In this document: positions 1-9,695 of the stretch, one piece after another
How positions within the stretch are numbered: the stretch's first letter is position 1
Layout: each line of letters begins with the position of its first letter
DNA from: an uncultured Bacteroidia bacterium
Lineage (GTDB): Bacteria; Bacteroidota; Bacteroidia; NS11-12g; UBA9320
NCBI GenBank assembly: GCA_963924815.1
Contig: CAWURO010000092.1
Span: forward strand, 1 to 57,888
DNA: 57,888 nt
Direction: 5' to 3'
Program-made: the position numbers and the translations under genes
The notes under the pieces: generated by a model
Told to the model about the DNA's origin: nothing
Databases searched by the model: none
Seen by the model: only the letters and a program-made list of their open reading frames with translations

Positions 1-26
1 TGTGCTACAGTCCATCAATAAGCCTG

Positions 27-34
27 TATATTTG
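27..34 (+). promoter_or_regulatory. Bacteroidota -7 promoter box TATATTTG (TAnnTTTG), 10 nt upstream of the ATG at 45
   Basis: Exact match to TAnnTTTG read directly at 27-34. Confidence 0.4.
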
Positions 35-44
35 TGGGCATTAT

Positions 45-533
45 ATGTTTCATTTTATTGTATCGCTACTCTTCTATATACTGGTTCCTCAGCATGACTT
101 TCATACCTCGTGGATGAATCTTACGTTTAATGAAAAAAACAATCAATTTGAGGTATCTTGGCGCACAGATACAGAACACTTAGAGGGAGTACTTACCTCT
201 TTTTCGGGCATGGAAATTAAATTAGAAAATACTTCAATAGAAGATCATAAAGTGTTACTAAACAATTATATAGACAAGAATACCTCTCTCTTGTTCAATC
301 AGCAAATGCAGCTGCTGGAGATAGATGTAGTAGAGGTCACATTTGCTGAGGTAGTTGTCCATTTTAAACCTATAAAATACAAACGAAAATTAAAATCGGT
401 AACAGTAGCTAGCACGTTATTACAGTTGGTTTTTCCTAATCAAAAAAACATGGTGCAGGTAAACTACAAAGGAAAAATGTACAGTATGCTTTTAGGTGGA
501 AGTAAGACCGTTGAGGAGGTATTCTTAGACTGA
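45..533 (+). CDS. Hypothetical exported protein, possibly DUF6702-like
   Basis: 162-aa ORF with a hydrophobic N-terminus followed by HDFHTSWMNLTF..., which resembles the H-x-F/Y-x-S start of DUF6702 proteins. This is recalled from memory and is weak. Confidence 0.5.
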   Translation: MFHFIVSLLFYILVPQHDFHTSWMNLTFNEKNNQFEVSWRTDTEHLEGVLTSFSGMEIKLENTSIEDHKVLLNNYIDKNTSLLFNQQMQLLEIDVVEVTFAEVVVHFKPIKYKRKLKSVTVASTLLQLVFPNQKNMVQVNYKGKMYSMLLGGSKTVEEVFLD

Positions 534-680
534 GTATGTCGTCCCTAAAATTCCTAGGGCTAAGACGGTTATCTAAAATGCCATGTTCATAAGATTTTAT
601 AAAACACGATCATGCAGATGTAATAATGGAGATTTCTTTAATCTACTTCTAAGGAATAATCGTCCGAGCAACTAAAAACT

Positions 681-688
681 TACCTTTG
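681..688 (+). promoter_or_regulatory. -7 promoter box TACCTTTG, only 5 nt upstream of the uvrB ATG
   Basis: Exact TAnnTTTG match. The spacing implies a leaderless or near-leaderless mRNA. Confidence 0.45.
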
Positions 689-693
689 CAGCT

Positions 694-2718
694 ATGCCAT
701 TTGAATTAAAATCACCCTTTCAGCCAACAGGAGATCAGCCTGCTGCTATAAAAAAACTTGTGCAAGGGGTGAAGGATGGACTGCCCGCACAAACCCTTCT
801 AGGGGTAACAGGCAGCGGTAAAACCTTTACCATGGCAAATGTTATACAACAAACACAAAAACCAACCTTAATTGTAAGTCATAATAAAACATTGGTTGCT
901 CAGCTTTATGGCGAATTCAAGCACTTTTTCCCCAATAATTCGGTACAATATTTTGTGTCGTACTATGATTATTATCAGCCAGAAGCATTTATACCTAGCA
1001 GCAATACGTACATTGAAAAAGATCTAAATATCAACGAAGAGATAGAAAAAATGCGTTTGCAAACCAGCTCAGCTTTGCAAAGCGGCCGAAGAGATGTGAT
1101 TGTGGTTGCATCGGTAAGTTGTATTTACGGTGCGGGAAATCCAAATGACTTTGAGGATAATATTATTCGCATAGAACGCGGACAAAAAATAGCGAGGAAT
1201 ACACTTTTACAGGCATTGGTTTCAAGTCTTTATTCAAGGACTACTGCAGATTTTAAAAGAGGAACGTTTAGAGTAAAAGGAGATACCGTAGATGTGTTTT
1301 TAGCCTATGATGATGTAGCCTTGCGAATTGGTTTTTTTGGGAATGAAATAGAAGATATCGAAACCATAGACCCCATGACGGGTCAGCGTATAGAGGTGAT
1401 GGAAAACGCAGCAATTTTCCCGGCGCAACTTTTTGTAACCCCTAAAGATAGATTGAATCAAGCCATTATTCACATACAAGATGACATGGTGGCGCAAGTG
1501 GAATACTTTAAGAGTATAGGCAAATCATTGGAAGCAAAACGCCTCCAAGAACGCACGGAATTTGATATGGAAATGATGCGTGAATTGGGTTATTGCAGTG
1601 GTATAGAAAACTACAGTAGATATATGGATGGAAGGGAGCAAGGACAGCGACCATTCTGTCTAATAGACTATTTCCCGGACGATTACCTTATGATAGTGGA
1701 TGAAAGTCATGTGACACTACCCCAAGTAAGGGCTATGTATGGTGGCGATAGAAGTAGAAAAGTCAACTTAGTAGATTATGGATTTAGGCTTCCTGCCGCT
1801 ATGGATAATAGGCCACTAAAGTTTGATGAATTTGAGTCTGTAACCAATCAAGTAGTTTACGTAAGCGCTACTCCTGCAGATTATGAAATTACCAAAAGTG
1901 AAGGTGTGATAGTAGAACAAGTAATTCGTCCGACGGGACTGCTTGACCCCGTAATAGAAGTAAGGCCTTGCGTAAACCAAGTAGATGATTTACTAGAACA
2001 AATTGATGAACGCATACAAATGGGGGATCGTGTTCTTGTAACAACACTTACTAAACGGATGGCGGAAGAATTGGATAAATACATTCGGAATTTAGGAATA
2101 TCGGCGACCTACATTCACTCGGAAGTAAAAACACTCGATAGGGTGGAAATACTCGATAGATTGCGTGCAGGGGATATTGATGTGCTTATTGGGGTGAATT
2201 TATTACGAGAAGGATTGGACTTGCCAGAAGTGAGTTTAGTCGCAATTTTAGATGCTGACAAAGAGGGCTTTTTACGAAGCGAAAGAAGTTTAGTGCAAAC
2301 CGTAGGACGAGCGGCTCGTAATGTAAATGGTAAGGTAATAATGTATGCTGATAAAATAACAGAAAGCATGCGACGCACTATAGAGGAAACCGAGCGCAGA
2401 CGACTCGTGCAAATGAAACATAATGAGGAACATGGCATTACTCCTCAAACCAGTATCAGAAGTACCGAATCTGTTTTTGACCATAAAGATAAATCAGCTT
2501 TAGAACGGGTGACGAATCCGTACCAACGACGCGAAAACGAAATGAGTATAGCGGCAGATCCTGTGATGCAATACATGAGTAAAGAGGGTGTTAAAAAAGC
2601 GATTGAAAACACCAAGATGCAAATGTTAAAAGCAGCCAAAGAAATGGACTTTATGGAAGCTGCTAGATTACGAGATGAAATGAATCAGCTGGAGGATAAG
2701 CTGAAAGGGATGAAGTGA
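694..2718 (+). CDS. uvrB: Excinuclease ABC subunit B
   Basis: 674 aa. Walker A GVTGSGKTFT, helicase motifs (VDESHVT, LLREGLDLPEV, QTVGRAARN) and a C-terminal UVR motif (MDFMEAARLRDEMNQLE). Confidence 0.97.
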   Translation: MPFELKSPFQPTGDQPAAIKKLVQGVKDGLPAQTLLGVTGSGKTFTMANVIQQTQKPTLIVSHNKTLVAQLYGEFKHFFPNNSVQYFVSYYDYYQPEAFIPSSNTYIEKDLNINEEIEKMRLQTSSALQSGRRDVIVVASVSCIYGAGNPNDFEDNIIRIERGQKIARNTLLQALVSSLYSRTTADFKRGTFRVKGDTVDVFLAYDDVALRIGFFGNEIEDIETIDPMTGQRIEVMENAAIFPAQLFVTPKDRLNQAIIHIQDDMVAQVEYFKSIGKSLEAKRLQERTEFDMEMMRELGYCSGIENYSRYMDGREQGQRPFCLIDYFPDDYLMIVDESHVTLPQVRAMYGGDRSRKVNLVDYGFRLPAAMDNRPLKFDEFESVTNQVVYVSATPADYEITKSEGVIVEQVIRPTGLLDPVIEVRPCVNQVDDLLEQIDERIQMGDRVLVTTLTKRMAEELDKYIRNLGISATYIHSEVKTLDRVEILDRLRAGDIDVLIGVNLLREGLDLPEVSLVAILDADKEGFLRSERSLVQTVGRAARNVNGKVIMYADKITESMRRTIEETERRRLVQMKHNEEHGITPQTSIRSTESVFDHKDKSALERVTNPYQRRENEMSIAADPVMQYMSKEGVKKAIENTKMQMLKAAKEMDFMEAARLRDEMNQLEDKLKGMK

Positions 2719-2784
2719 TTTTGTGCCTAGTATGCTATTGTGTTTGTGCCACGAAGTACAACAAGAGACAAGACTTTAACGCTA

Positions 2785-4743
2785 TTATAACTTCATCTGA
2801 AAATAATTAAAGTTCCATCGAATACCCCCTAGAATCCATCTGCTTGGCATACGAGCACCTAAAATCTCTTGGTACTGCGTGTCTAGGATGTTGCGTACAT
2901 CTACGTATACACTTACGGGGAAGTCTTTTAGCGTATAGCTTACTTTAGCGTTGAGCACTGCATACTGATTTTTAATCTCAGCATTTATTGCTTCTACAGC
3001 TTCTTCATTTCGAGTGATGAATGCACCGCCTATGTTGATCCCAAAACCGTGAATACTATAGTTTAAATTTCCGTTGATATTGTGCAGTGGATGATTAGCT
3101 ATGTACTTAGACACTACACTATCTGGAGTAGTAGTTTGTATGAAGGTATAGTTAAGTACTGCATTTAGTTTACCATGTGCAAGGTCACTTGTATATTTTA
3201 CTCCAAGTTCATTTCCCCAAGTGAATGCTTCTGAGATATTATTGGCATATAGATAATTAGTGCTGTCTCTTAGATTGGGTAGGTTATTTATTTCCAAAGA
3301 ATTAGTGAGCGTATAGTCTATTAGGTTGCTAGATTGACGAGCAAATACGGTGTTGGATATTTGCAGGTGCTTATTCAAATATGCATCTACTCCTATGTCA
3401 AAAGTGTACGCACTTTCTGCTTCTAGGTCCGGGTTTCCTGCGTTTCTTCCTCCTCCTAGATTAGCTATTTTATACGAAACAAACCGCTCTGTGAAATCTG
3501 CCTGGCGAATGCTACGTCCTAGAGATGAGCGGAATACTAGATTTTGATGTATGTAAGCGGCATTAATCTGCGGTACGAGCTGTACGCCTATTTTCTCAGA
3601 TTGCTCTACTCTAAGACCTCCATTAAGGCTTAGTTTATTGACGTTTTTGTGTGCCACCACGAATAGAGCGTTAGAATTGAGCTTATGATCTCCACGGTCT
3701 GTGCTCACTATATCTTGCCAGTCGGATTGAAAGCCATAGTTGAGGTCAATATTCCCTACTTTTCTTTGTTGAGATAGTGTGGCATTTACACGTTGAGTGG
3801 TATGCACATTCGCTGCAAAAGCTGGATTAAAAGCAAAGCTATCTGAGTTGTTTCTGTAGCTTACGTTTAGTTCTGTTCTAGATTCATCATCCCCATCAAA
3901 GATGAATGCTGCTTGTGTCCAGTAGGCATTCACACGCTCTATACTTTCGTCATAAGCACTTGCAGTATAAAAGTACTTAGCCCCAAAATCTCTGTAATCT
4001 ACTCCGCCTCTGGCATACATTTTCAGTCTCTTAGTGCGGTAGGTAATTGCTCCGGTGTATGTCTTTAGATCAAAGTAGTTATTGTATAAGCTATCGCCCA
4101 ATCCTTTTTGTATGAAATTTGGATTTACAAACTGCTCACCGATAGATTGACTTGATTTCATAGCAGCGGAGTAACCTAGTTTTTTGCGTTGTTGGTACAC
4201 ACCTATATCCGTCATAGTCAGATTGTGCTGACCGAAAGCTACGTTTCCGTTTATTTCAGAAGTCTGCTCAGTACTATTCATCATACCTTCATAGGCCTTT
4301 GTCTTCACGTGAATAATGCCACCTACTGCATCTGCTCCATAAGAAGCTGCTGCAGAACCGCGTACTATTTCTATGTGGTGTATTTCGCTGAGTGGGATGG
4401 GGACATTACTATTAAAGTGTGCGGTAAGTGGATCGTTGATTCGCTGGTTATCTACTAGAATAAGTACTTGAGAAAAGGTACTTCCTCTCATACCTATATC
4501 TGCTTGTACTCCAAAACCACCACGACTATTTACATTGATGCCGCCCACATACTGCAGTAGTTCATCTACAGTGGTAACAGGGAGTTGCTGTATTTCTTGC
4601 TGAGATAGTACGGTGATGTTTTTGCCACTTTCGTACTTTTTCACGGCTAGTCGAGTAGCAGACACTGTTACGGAGTCTAGGTTGGTTTGTGCAAAAAGAG
4701 ATAGAGTAAACAGAGTTGTGCAGGTTAGAATTAGCTGACGCAT
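2785..4743 (-). CDS. TonB-dependent receptor (small, about 650 aa, plug plus barrel)
   Basis: Signal peptide ...FTLSLFAQ, plug region (VTVLSQQEIQQLPVTTVDELLQYVGGINV, RGSTFSQVLILVDNQRINDP) and a beta-barrel C-terminus. I moved the start from TTG 4764 to ATG 4743 (MRQLILT...). Confidence 0.85.
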   Translation of the reverse strand: MRQLILTCTTLFTLSLFAQTNLDSVTVSATRLAVKKYESGKNITVLSQQEIQQLPVTTVDELLQYVGGINVNSRGGFGVQADIGMRGSTFSQVLILVDNQRINDPLTAHFNSNVPIPLSEIHHIEIVRGSAAASYGADAVGGIIHVKTKAYEGMMNSTEQTSEINGNVAFGQHNLTMTDIGVYQQRKKLGYSAAMKSSQSIGEQFVNPNFIQKGLGDSLYNNYFDLKTYTGAITYRTKRLKMYARGGVDYRDFGAKYFYTASAYDESIERVNAYWTQAAFIFDGDDESRTELNVSYRNNSDSFAFNPAFAANVHTTQRVNATLSQQRKVGNIDLNYGFQSDWQDIVSTDRGDHKLNSNALFVVAHKNVNKLSLNGGLRVEQSEKIGVQLVPQINAAYIHQNLVFRSSLGRSIRQADFTERFVSYKIANLGGGRNAGNPDLEAESAYTFDIGVDAYLNKHLQISNTVFARQSSNLIDYTLTNSLEINNLPNLRDSTNYLYANNISEAFTWGNELGVKYTSDLAHGKLNAVLNYTFIQTTTPDSVVSKYIANHPLHNINGNLNYSIHGFGINIGGAFITRNEEAVEAINAEIKNQYAVLNAKVSYTLKDFPVSVYVDVRNILDTQYQEILGARMPSRWILGGIRWNFNYFQMKL

Positions 4744-4841
4744 GTTGTTTGATTTTCGGGGCAATAGTAAAGAGATTTTTTGAAGGGTGCAAAAGGAAGG
4801 GTTCTCTTGTTTTAGAGATTTGGGAGAACAACGACTTGAAA

Positions 4842-4859
4842 GTTCGTGAAGACACGAAC
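4842..4859 (-). terminator. Hairpin GTTCGTG-n4-CACGAAC followed by TTT on the minus strand, just after the serS stop
   Basis: 7-bp perfect stem read directly. The T tract is short. Confidence 0.45.
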
Positions 4860-4865
4860 AACTTC

Positions 4866-6134
4866 CTAATCTATCACATCAAAACCGCAATACGGTCTAA
4901 GCACCTCTGGCACGATAATGCCATCAGGAGTTTGGAAGTTTTCTAAGATACTCGCCATAATACGCGGAAGAGCCAAAGCACTTCCATTGAGCGTATGAGC
5001 ATACTCATTTTTACTTTCACTGTTTTTGAAACGTAGCTTTAGTCTATTGGCTTGGAAGGTTTCAAAGTTGGATACAGAACTTACTTCGAGCCACATCTCT
5101 TGTGCAGCACTCCATACTTCCATATCGTAAGTCATAGCACTGGCAAACCCAGTATCTCCACCGCATAGCAGCAATACGCGATATTGTAGCCCAAGGTCTT
5201 TTAGAAGGCCTTGCACGTAGCTGCTCATTTCTTCTAGCGTTTCGTATGACTTGTCTGGGTGTACTACTTGTACTATCTCTACCTTGTCAAACTGGTGCAG
5301 TCTGTTGAGCCCACGTACATCTTTACCGTAGCTGCCTGCCTCTCTTCTGAAACAAGGAGAGTGGCCGCAGTTTTTGATCGGAAAATCTGCTTCCTTCACT
5401 ATTACGTCTCTGTAAATGTTGGTTATAGGAACTTCTCCAGTAGGTATAGCATACAGATTATCTACTTCCATGTGGTACATCTGTCCTTCTTTGTCTGGCA
5501 GTTGCCCTGTACCTATTCCACTAGCTTCGTTTACGAGTATGGGTGGTTGTATTTCTTCAAAACCAGCATCACGTCCTTTGTCTAGGAACCAATTGATTAA
5601 TGCTCGTTGTAGTCTTGCTCCTTTGCCTCTGTACACAGGAAATCCCGCTCCTGTTATTTTTACTCCGAGTTCAAAATCGATAAGATTATATTTTTCGCAC
5701 AGTTCCCAGTGTGGCTGCTTTTGAGTAAGGTTTGGCTTCTCCCCGTGTTCAAAAATAATTTTATTGTCTGCTTCACTTTTTCCAGCGGGCACCGCGGCTC
5801 CTGGTGCATTAGGTATTTGGTACAGCACCTCAAGTAAGTCTGTTTCTACACTTTTAAGCTGTTCGCTTAGTTCATTACTTTTTTCTTTGAGTTCGCCCGT
5901 TTTTGCTTTCATAGCATTGGCTTCCTCTATTTTTTTATGAGCAAATAGTTGACCTATTTCTTTTGAAATTTTATTGCTCTCCGCCAAGATAGTATCAAGC
6001 TCTACTTGGGTTGATTTACGTTTGTCATCTAACGTTAATGCCCGATTTACAAGGTCGGTAAAATCCTTACCTCGTTTGGCTAATCGAGCGATTATTCCTT
6101 CTTTATCTGCGCGTATATCGTGTATTAATAGCAT
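4866..6134 (-). CDS. serS: Serine--tRNA ligase
   Basis: 422 aa. N-terminal coiled-coil arm and class II aaRS core (FRREAGSYGKDVRGLNRLHQFDKVE, GSALALPR). Confidence 0.96.
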   Translation of the reverse strand: MLLIHDIRADKEGIIARLAKRGKDFTDLVNRALTLDDKRKSTQVELDTILAESNKISKEIGQLFAHKKIEEANAMKAKTGELKEKSNELSEQLKSVETDLLEVLYQIPNAPGAAVPAGKSEADNKIIFEHGEKPNLTQKQPHWELCEKYNLIDFELGVKITGAGFPVYRGKGARLQRALINWFLDKGRDAGFEEIQPPILVNEASGIGTGQLPDKEGQMYHMEVDNLYAIPTGEVPITNIYRDVIVKEADFPIKNCGHSPCFRREAGSYGKDVRGLNRLHQFDKVEIVQVVHPDKSYETLEEMSSYVQGLLKDLGLQYRVLLLCGGDTGFASAMTYDMEVWSAAQEMWLEVSSVSNFETFQANRLKLRFKNSESKNEYAHTLNGSALALPRIMASILENFQTPDGIIVPEVLRPYCGFDVID

Positions 6135-6194
6135 GTTTCTTACCTGAGTTGCAAAGGTTATCTTTTTTGTGAAAAAGGAAAGGATGTATTTTCT

Positions 6195-7286
6195 CTAATG
6201 ATTAAGTAAATAATGCTCTAGCTCTGTAATTCTATCTATCATCATAAAACGATCAATGACGCTTTGTTTTGCAGCAGCTCCCATGTGCTGTCGCAGGTTA
6301 GCGTCTCGAATAAGTTGAGCTAGCTTATTGGAGAAGTCATCTATATCTAGATGCTGTGCAAGTAGTCCTGTTTGCCCATTGGTAATTATTTCAGGATTAC
6401 TGGTAATATCAAAAGCAACTACTGGTTTTTCTTTTGCCATAGCTTCTACCAATACAAAGCCAAACCCTTCCCAACTCGAACCTAAAACAAAAATGTCGAT
6501 ACTTTGCATAAAGACGTCCATATCTGCCACAAAGCCAAGTAATACTACTTCATTTTCAAGATTTTCGTCTTTTATACATTGTTGTAACTCATCTTGCAAT
6601 TCACCAGTTCCCGCAATAAAAAGCGTAAATTCTAAACCTTGATCCTTTATTTTTTTGGCAACTTGTATAAGGTATTTTTGGCCCTTTTGATGGGTTAGCC
6701 TACCTGCGTTCCCTAGTATCACTCCTTTGCCAAGTTCTTTAATTTGCGGCAATATTTCATGGGCATTGTTTAAGATAGTTGAATCCAATCCATGGTAAAT
6801 GACCGGTATTTGTACGGCATCTAACGTATTATGTAAGTAGTGTAAAATAGTACGCTTGGTTTCTTCAGAATTAGCAATAATATGCGTCGTTGCTTTACCC
6901 AAACAATATCTATTTACTACACTATTTTTAATAGGAGTTGCCAAACCACGCAGGTATACTCTACGTGGAAGATGCGCCATTTGTCCTGCTATACTGGCTA
7001 TTTTAGCATCTTGGGAAGTCGTAAAAATAACGGTGTCTATTTCTTCTTTTAAGAAGTAGGATTTAATACGAAGCAGCTTGAAAATGTGGAGGAACGAAAT
7101 GCTTTTGACTTCTACAGGAAAGAGGTTAAAACCAGCTTCTTGCCCGCGTTCCCACAAAGGAGACATGGGATGTGCTGCTATAGTTACACTATACCCTTTT
7201 GCTCTAAATGCTTTTGCATTTTCAAGATGAAGCTTTTCGCCACCGCCCCAAAAATTGGAACTATTGAAGAAGCATATCTTTTTCAA
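6195..7286 (-). CDS. Glycosyltransferase family 4
   Basis: 363 aa. N-terminal FWGGGEK and a C-terminal GT-B motif SSWEGFGFVLVEAMAKEKPVVA. TTG start 3 nt after the stop of the upstream YebC gene. Confidence 0.85.
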   Translation of the reverse strand: MKKICFFNSSNFWGGGEKLHLENAKAFRAKGYSVTIAAHPMSPLWERGQEAGFNLFPVEVKSISFLHIFKLLRIKSYFLKEEIDTVIFTTSQDAKIASIAGQMAHLPRRVYLRGLATPIKNSVVNRYCLGKATTHIIANSEETKRTILHYLHNTLDAVQIPVIYHGLDSTILNNAHEILPQIKELGKGVILGNAGRLTHQKGQKYLIQVAKKIKDQGLEFTLFIAGTGELQDELQQCIKDENLENEVVLLGFVADMDVFMQSIDIFVLGSSWEGFGFVLVEAMAKEKPVVAFDITSNPEIITNGQTGLLAQHLDIDDFSNKLAQLIRDANLRQHMGAAAKQSVIDRFMMIDRITELEHYLLNH

Positions 7287-7289
7287 AAT

Positions 7290-8000
7290 TTAGAGCACGG
7301 CGTTATGAAAAATGTTTTGTACGTCTTCGTCTTCTTCCAGTTTTTCTATGAGCTTATTGCATTCTTCTTTTTGCTCTTCTGTTAGGTCTAGGGTGTTGTG
7401 AGGAATGCGCTCAATATCTACGGAGTCTATTTCAATGCCAATATTTTCAAGTCCCTTTTGCATATTGCCGTAATCGGTGAAAGCAGTATAAATCAACGTT
7501 TCATCTTCTACTTGCTCTATTTCATCTAGCCCAAAGTCTATTAACTCAAGCTCTGCATCTTCCATGTTTAGTTCTCCAAGGTTGACCTTGAAAATACATT
7601 TACGATCAAAGTTAAATTCCTGCGATCCACTGGTCCCCAGTTCTCCGCCATTTCTGCTTAAGATGGCGCGCATGTTAGCAACTGTTCTATTAATATTATC
7701 GGTAGCAGTTTCAATCATTAAACTTAAACCAAAAGGACCTTTAGCTTCATAAAGAATCTCCTCGTAGGAGCTACTGTCTTTGTCAGATGCTTTTTTTATG
7801 GCAGCATCTACTCTGTCTTTAGGCATATTTTCAGACTTGGCATTTTTCATAGCCATGCGCAGTCTGGAGTTGTTGTCTGGGTCTGGACCGCCTTCTTTTA
7901 CGGCCATTGCTATTTCTTTGCCTATACGCGTAAACGTTACCGCCATTTTGCCCCAGCGTTTCATCTTACGGGCTTTTCTGAATTCGAATGCTCTTCCCAT
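7290..8000 (-). CDS. YebC/PmpR family DNA-binding transcriptional regulator
   Basis: MGRAFEFRKARKMKRWGKM... is the typical family N-terminus. I chose ATG 8000 over TTG 8009. Confidence 0.9.
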   Translation of the reverse strand: MGRAFEFRKARKMKRWGKMAVTFTRIGKEIAMAVKEGGPDPDNNSRLRMAMKNAKSENMPKDRVDAAIKKASDKDSSSYEEILYEAKGPFGLSLMIETATDNINRTVANMRAILSRNGGELGTSGSQEFNFDRKCIFKVNLGELNMEDAELELIDFGLDEIEQVEDETLIYTAFTDYGNMQKGLENIGIEIDSVDIERIPHNTLDLTEEQKEECNKLIEKLEEDEDVQNIFHNAVL

Positions 8001-8201
8001 TGGGTGCAAATTTAAGGCTAATTTTAAGTCTACGAAAAATCAGTTAGTATAGATGGGGGTTTTCTGTAGAGACCCTTGGAAATAGACGGAGTCAATAGTA
8101 TTGCTATAGAATAAAGAGTGATATTTTAATGATATACAGCTCATACAAAGGAATGTTCCTACAGAAAAAATTCCTTTCTTTGCACCGCAAAGAACAAACT
8201 T

Positions 8202-9587
8202 ATGAATTTTGACGTAATAGTAATCGGAAGTGGCCCAGGTGGATATGTAGCAGCCATTCGTGCAGCACAACTTGGACATAAAGTAGCGGTGGTAGAAAAA
8301 TCGGAGCTTGGCGGAGTATGCCTTAATTGGGGATGTATTCCAACCAAAGCATTGTTAAAATCGGCTCAAGTATTTGAATATATAAATCACGCAAGTGATT
8401 ACGGAATCTCAGTTAGTGAGGCAAAACACGACTTTGGTGCGGTTATAAAACGTAGCCGTGGAGTTGCAGACGGCATGAGCAAGGGCATACAGTTCTTGAT
8501 GAAAAAGAATAAAATTGAAATTCTAACAGGTTTCGGTAAACTAATAGCCAAAGGCCAAGTAAGCGTGGATAATGAAGGCAAGAAAGAAACCCATTCTGCG
8601 AAACACGTTATCCTTGCAACTGGTGCTCGTGAACGTCAATTACCAAATTTACCAATAGACGGTAAAAAAATAGTAGGCTATCACGAAGCAATGGTGTTAC
8701 CAACTCAACCTAAAAAAATGGTTGTAGTGGGAAGTGGTGCTATTGGAATGGAGTTCGCTTATTTCTATACGGCTATGGGTACAGAAGTAACAGTAGTAGA
8801 ATTTATGCCTAACATCGTTCCCAATGAGGATATAGATGTTTCTAAAGAGCTTGAAAAAATCTACAAGAAAAAAGGAATGACTATTATGACCAATAGTTCT
8901 GTGGAGGCAGTAGATATAAAAGGTGCTGGCTGTAAAGTGAGCGTGAAAACAGCAAAAGGAATGGAAACCATCGAATGTGATGTAGTTTTATCTGCAGTTG
9001 GAATTGAAACAAATTTAGAAAACATTGGACTGGAAGGTCTAGGCGTAAAAACGGAGAAGGGTAAAGTAGTGGTAGATGATTTCTATCAAACGAATGTGCC
9101 GGGCGTTTATGCTATAGGCGATATAGTACACGGACCAGCTCTAGCTCACGTAGCTAGTGCAGAAGGAATAATCTGTGTAGAAAAAATAAGTGGACAACAC
9201 GTTGCCCCATTGGATTATGGAAACATACCAGGATGTACCTATACTTGGCCAGAGATAGCATCAGTAGGGTACACAGAGGCAAAAGCGAAAGAAGCTGGAT
9301 ATGATATAAAAGTAGGTAAATTCCCGTTCTCTGCATCGGGTAAAGCCAGTGCAAGTGGAGCTAAAGAAGGTTTTGTAAAAGTAATATTTGATGCGAAGTA
9401 CGGTGAGTTCCTAGGAGCGCACATGATAGGTGCTAACGTTACGGAGATGATAGCAGGAGTGGTAACAGCTCGTAAGCTAGAAACTACAGGTCATGAAATG
9501 ATAAAAACAGTACATCCACACCCGACGATGAGTGAGGCTATCATGGAAGCATGTGCCGCTGCTTATGACGAGGTGATACATTTATAG
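8202..9587 (+). CDS. lpdA: Dihydrolipoyl dehydrogenase
   Basis: 461 aa. FAD motif GSGPGGYVAAIRAAQLG, redox disulfide GGVCLNWGCIPTK and C-terminal HPHPTMSE. Confidence 0.95.
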   Translation: MNFDVIVIGSGPGGYVAAIRAAQLGHKVAVVEKSELGGVCLNWGCIPTKALLKSAQVFEYINHASDYGISVSEAKHDFGAVIKRSRGVADGMSKGIQFLMKKNKIEILTGFGKLIAKGQVSVDNEGKKETHSAKHVILATGARERQLPNLPIDGKKIVGYHEAMVLPTQPKKMVVVGSGAIGMEFAYFYTAMGTEVTVVEFMPNIVPNEDIDVSKELEKIYKKKGMTIMTNSSVEAVDIKGAGCKVSVKTAKGMETIECDVVLSAVGIETNLENIGLEGLGVKTEKGKVVVDDFYQTNVPGVYAIGDIVHGPALAHVASAEGIICVEKISGQHVAPLDYGNIPGCTYTWPEIASVGYTEAKAKEAGYDIKVGKFPFSASGKASASGAKEGFVKVIFDAKYGEFLGAHMIGANVTEMIAGVVTARKLETTGHEMIKTVHPHPTMSEAIMEACAAAYDEVIHL

Positions 9588-9627
9588 GAACTAGTTACTG
9601 GGTATTAGTTGCCAGTTAATAGATATT

Positions 9628-9664
9628 AGGCCTTCGGTTTGTAAAATAATCGGAGGCCTTTTTT
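9628..9664 (+). terminator. Rho-independent terminator after lpdA
   Basis: AGGCCTTCG...CGGAGGCCT gives a 9-bp stem (one G-U pair) followed by TTTTT. Confidence 0.6.
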
Positions 9665-9682
9665 GTGGAATTTTCTTTTGAG

Positions 9683-9690
9683 TATCTTCG
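9683..9690 (+). promoter_or_regulatory. -7-like box TATCTTCG (one mismatch), 5 nt upstream of ATG 9696
   Basis: Read directly. The same variant box and spacing occur at 47126-47133 and 42423-42430. Confidence 0.3.
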
Positions 9691-9695
9691 CCGCA

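Noticed and set aside
543-571. An imperfect hairpin (CGTCCCTA...TAGGG..GACGG) downstream of the first ORF.
   Set aside because: The stem is short and interrupted, with no T tract. It is not convincing as a terminator or regulatory element.
4744-4865. A possible riboswitch (cobalamin or TPP) or Fur box upstream of the small TonB-dependent receptor, plus a second weak hairpin (GTTCTC-n17-GAGAAC, 4801-4829).
   Set aside because: I found no B12 box, no TPP CUGAGA/ACCUGA core and no Fur-like palindrome. The second hairpin has only 6 bp, with competing alternative 4-bp pairings.
9663-9695. N-terminal extensions in the ORF track that begin at TTG or GTG: 4764, 8009, 9663, 17310, 21994, 22073, 24230, 28331, 33125, 39701, 46897 and 48331.
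   Set aside because: In each case an internal ATG gives a canonical signal peptide or family-typical N-terminus. In several cases (21994, 24230, 48331) the extension overlaps a TAnnTTTG promoter box. I used the shorter coordinates.
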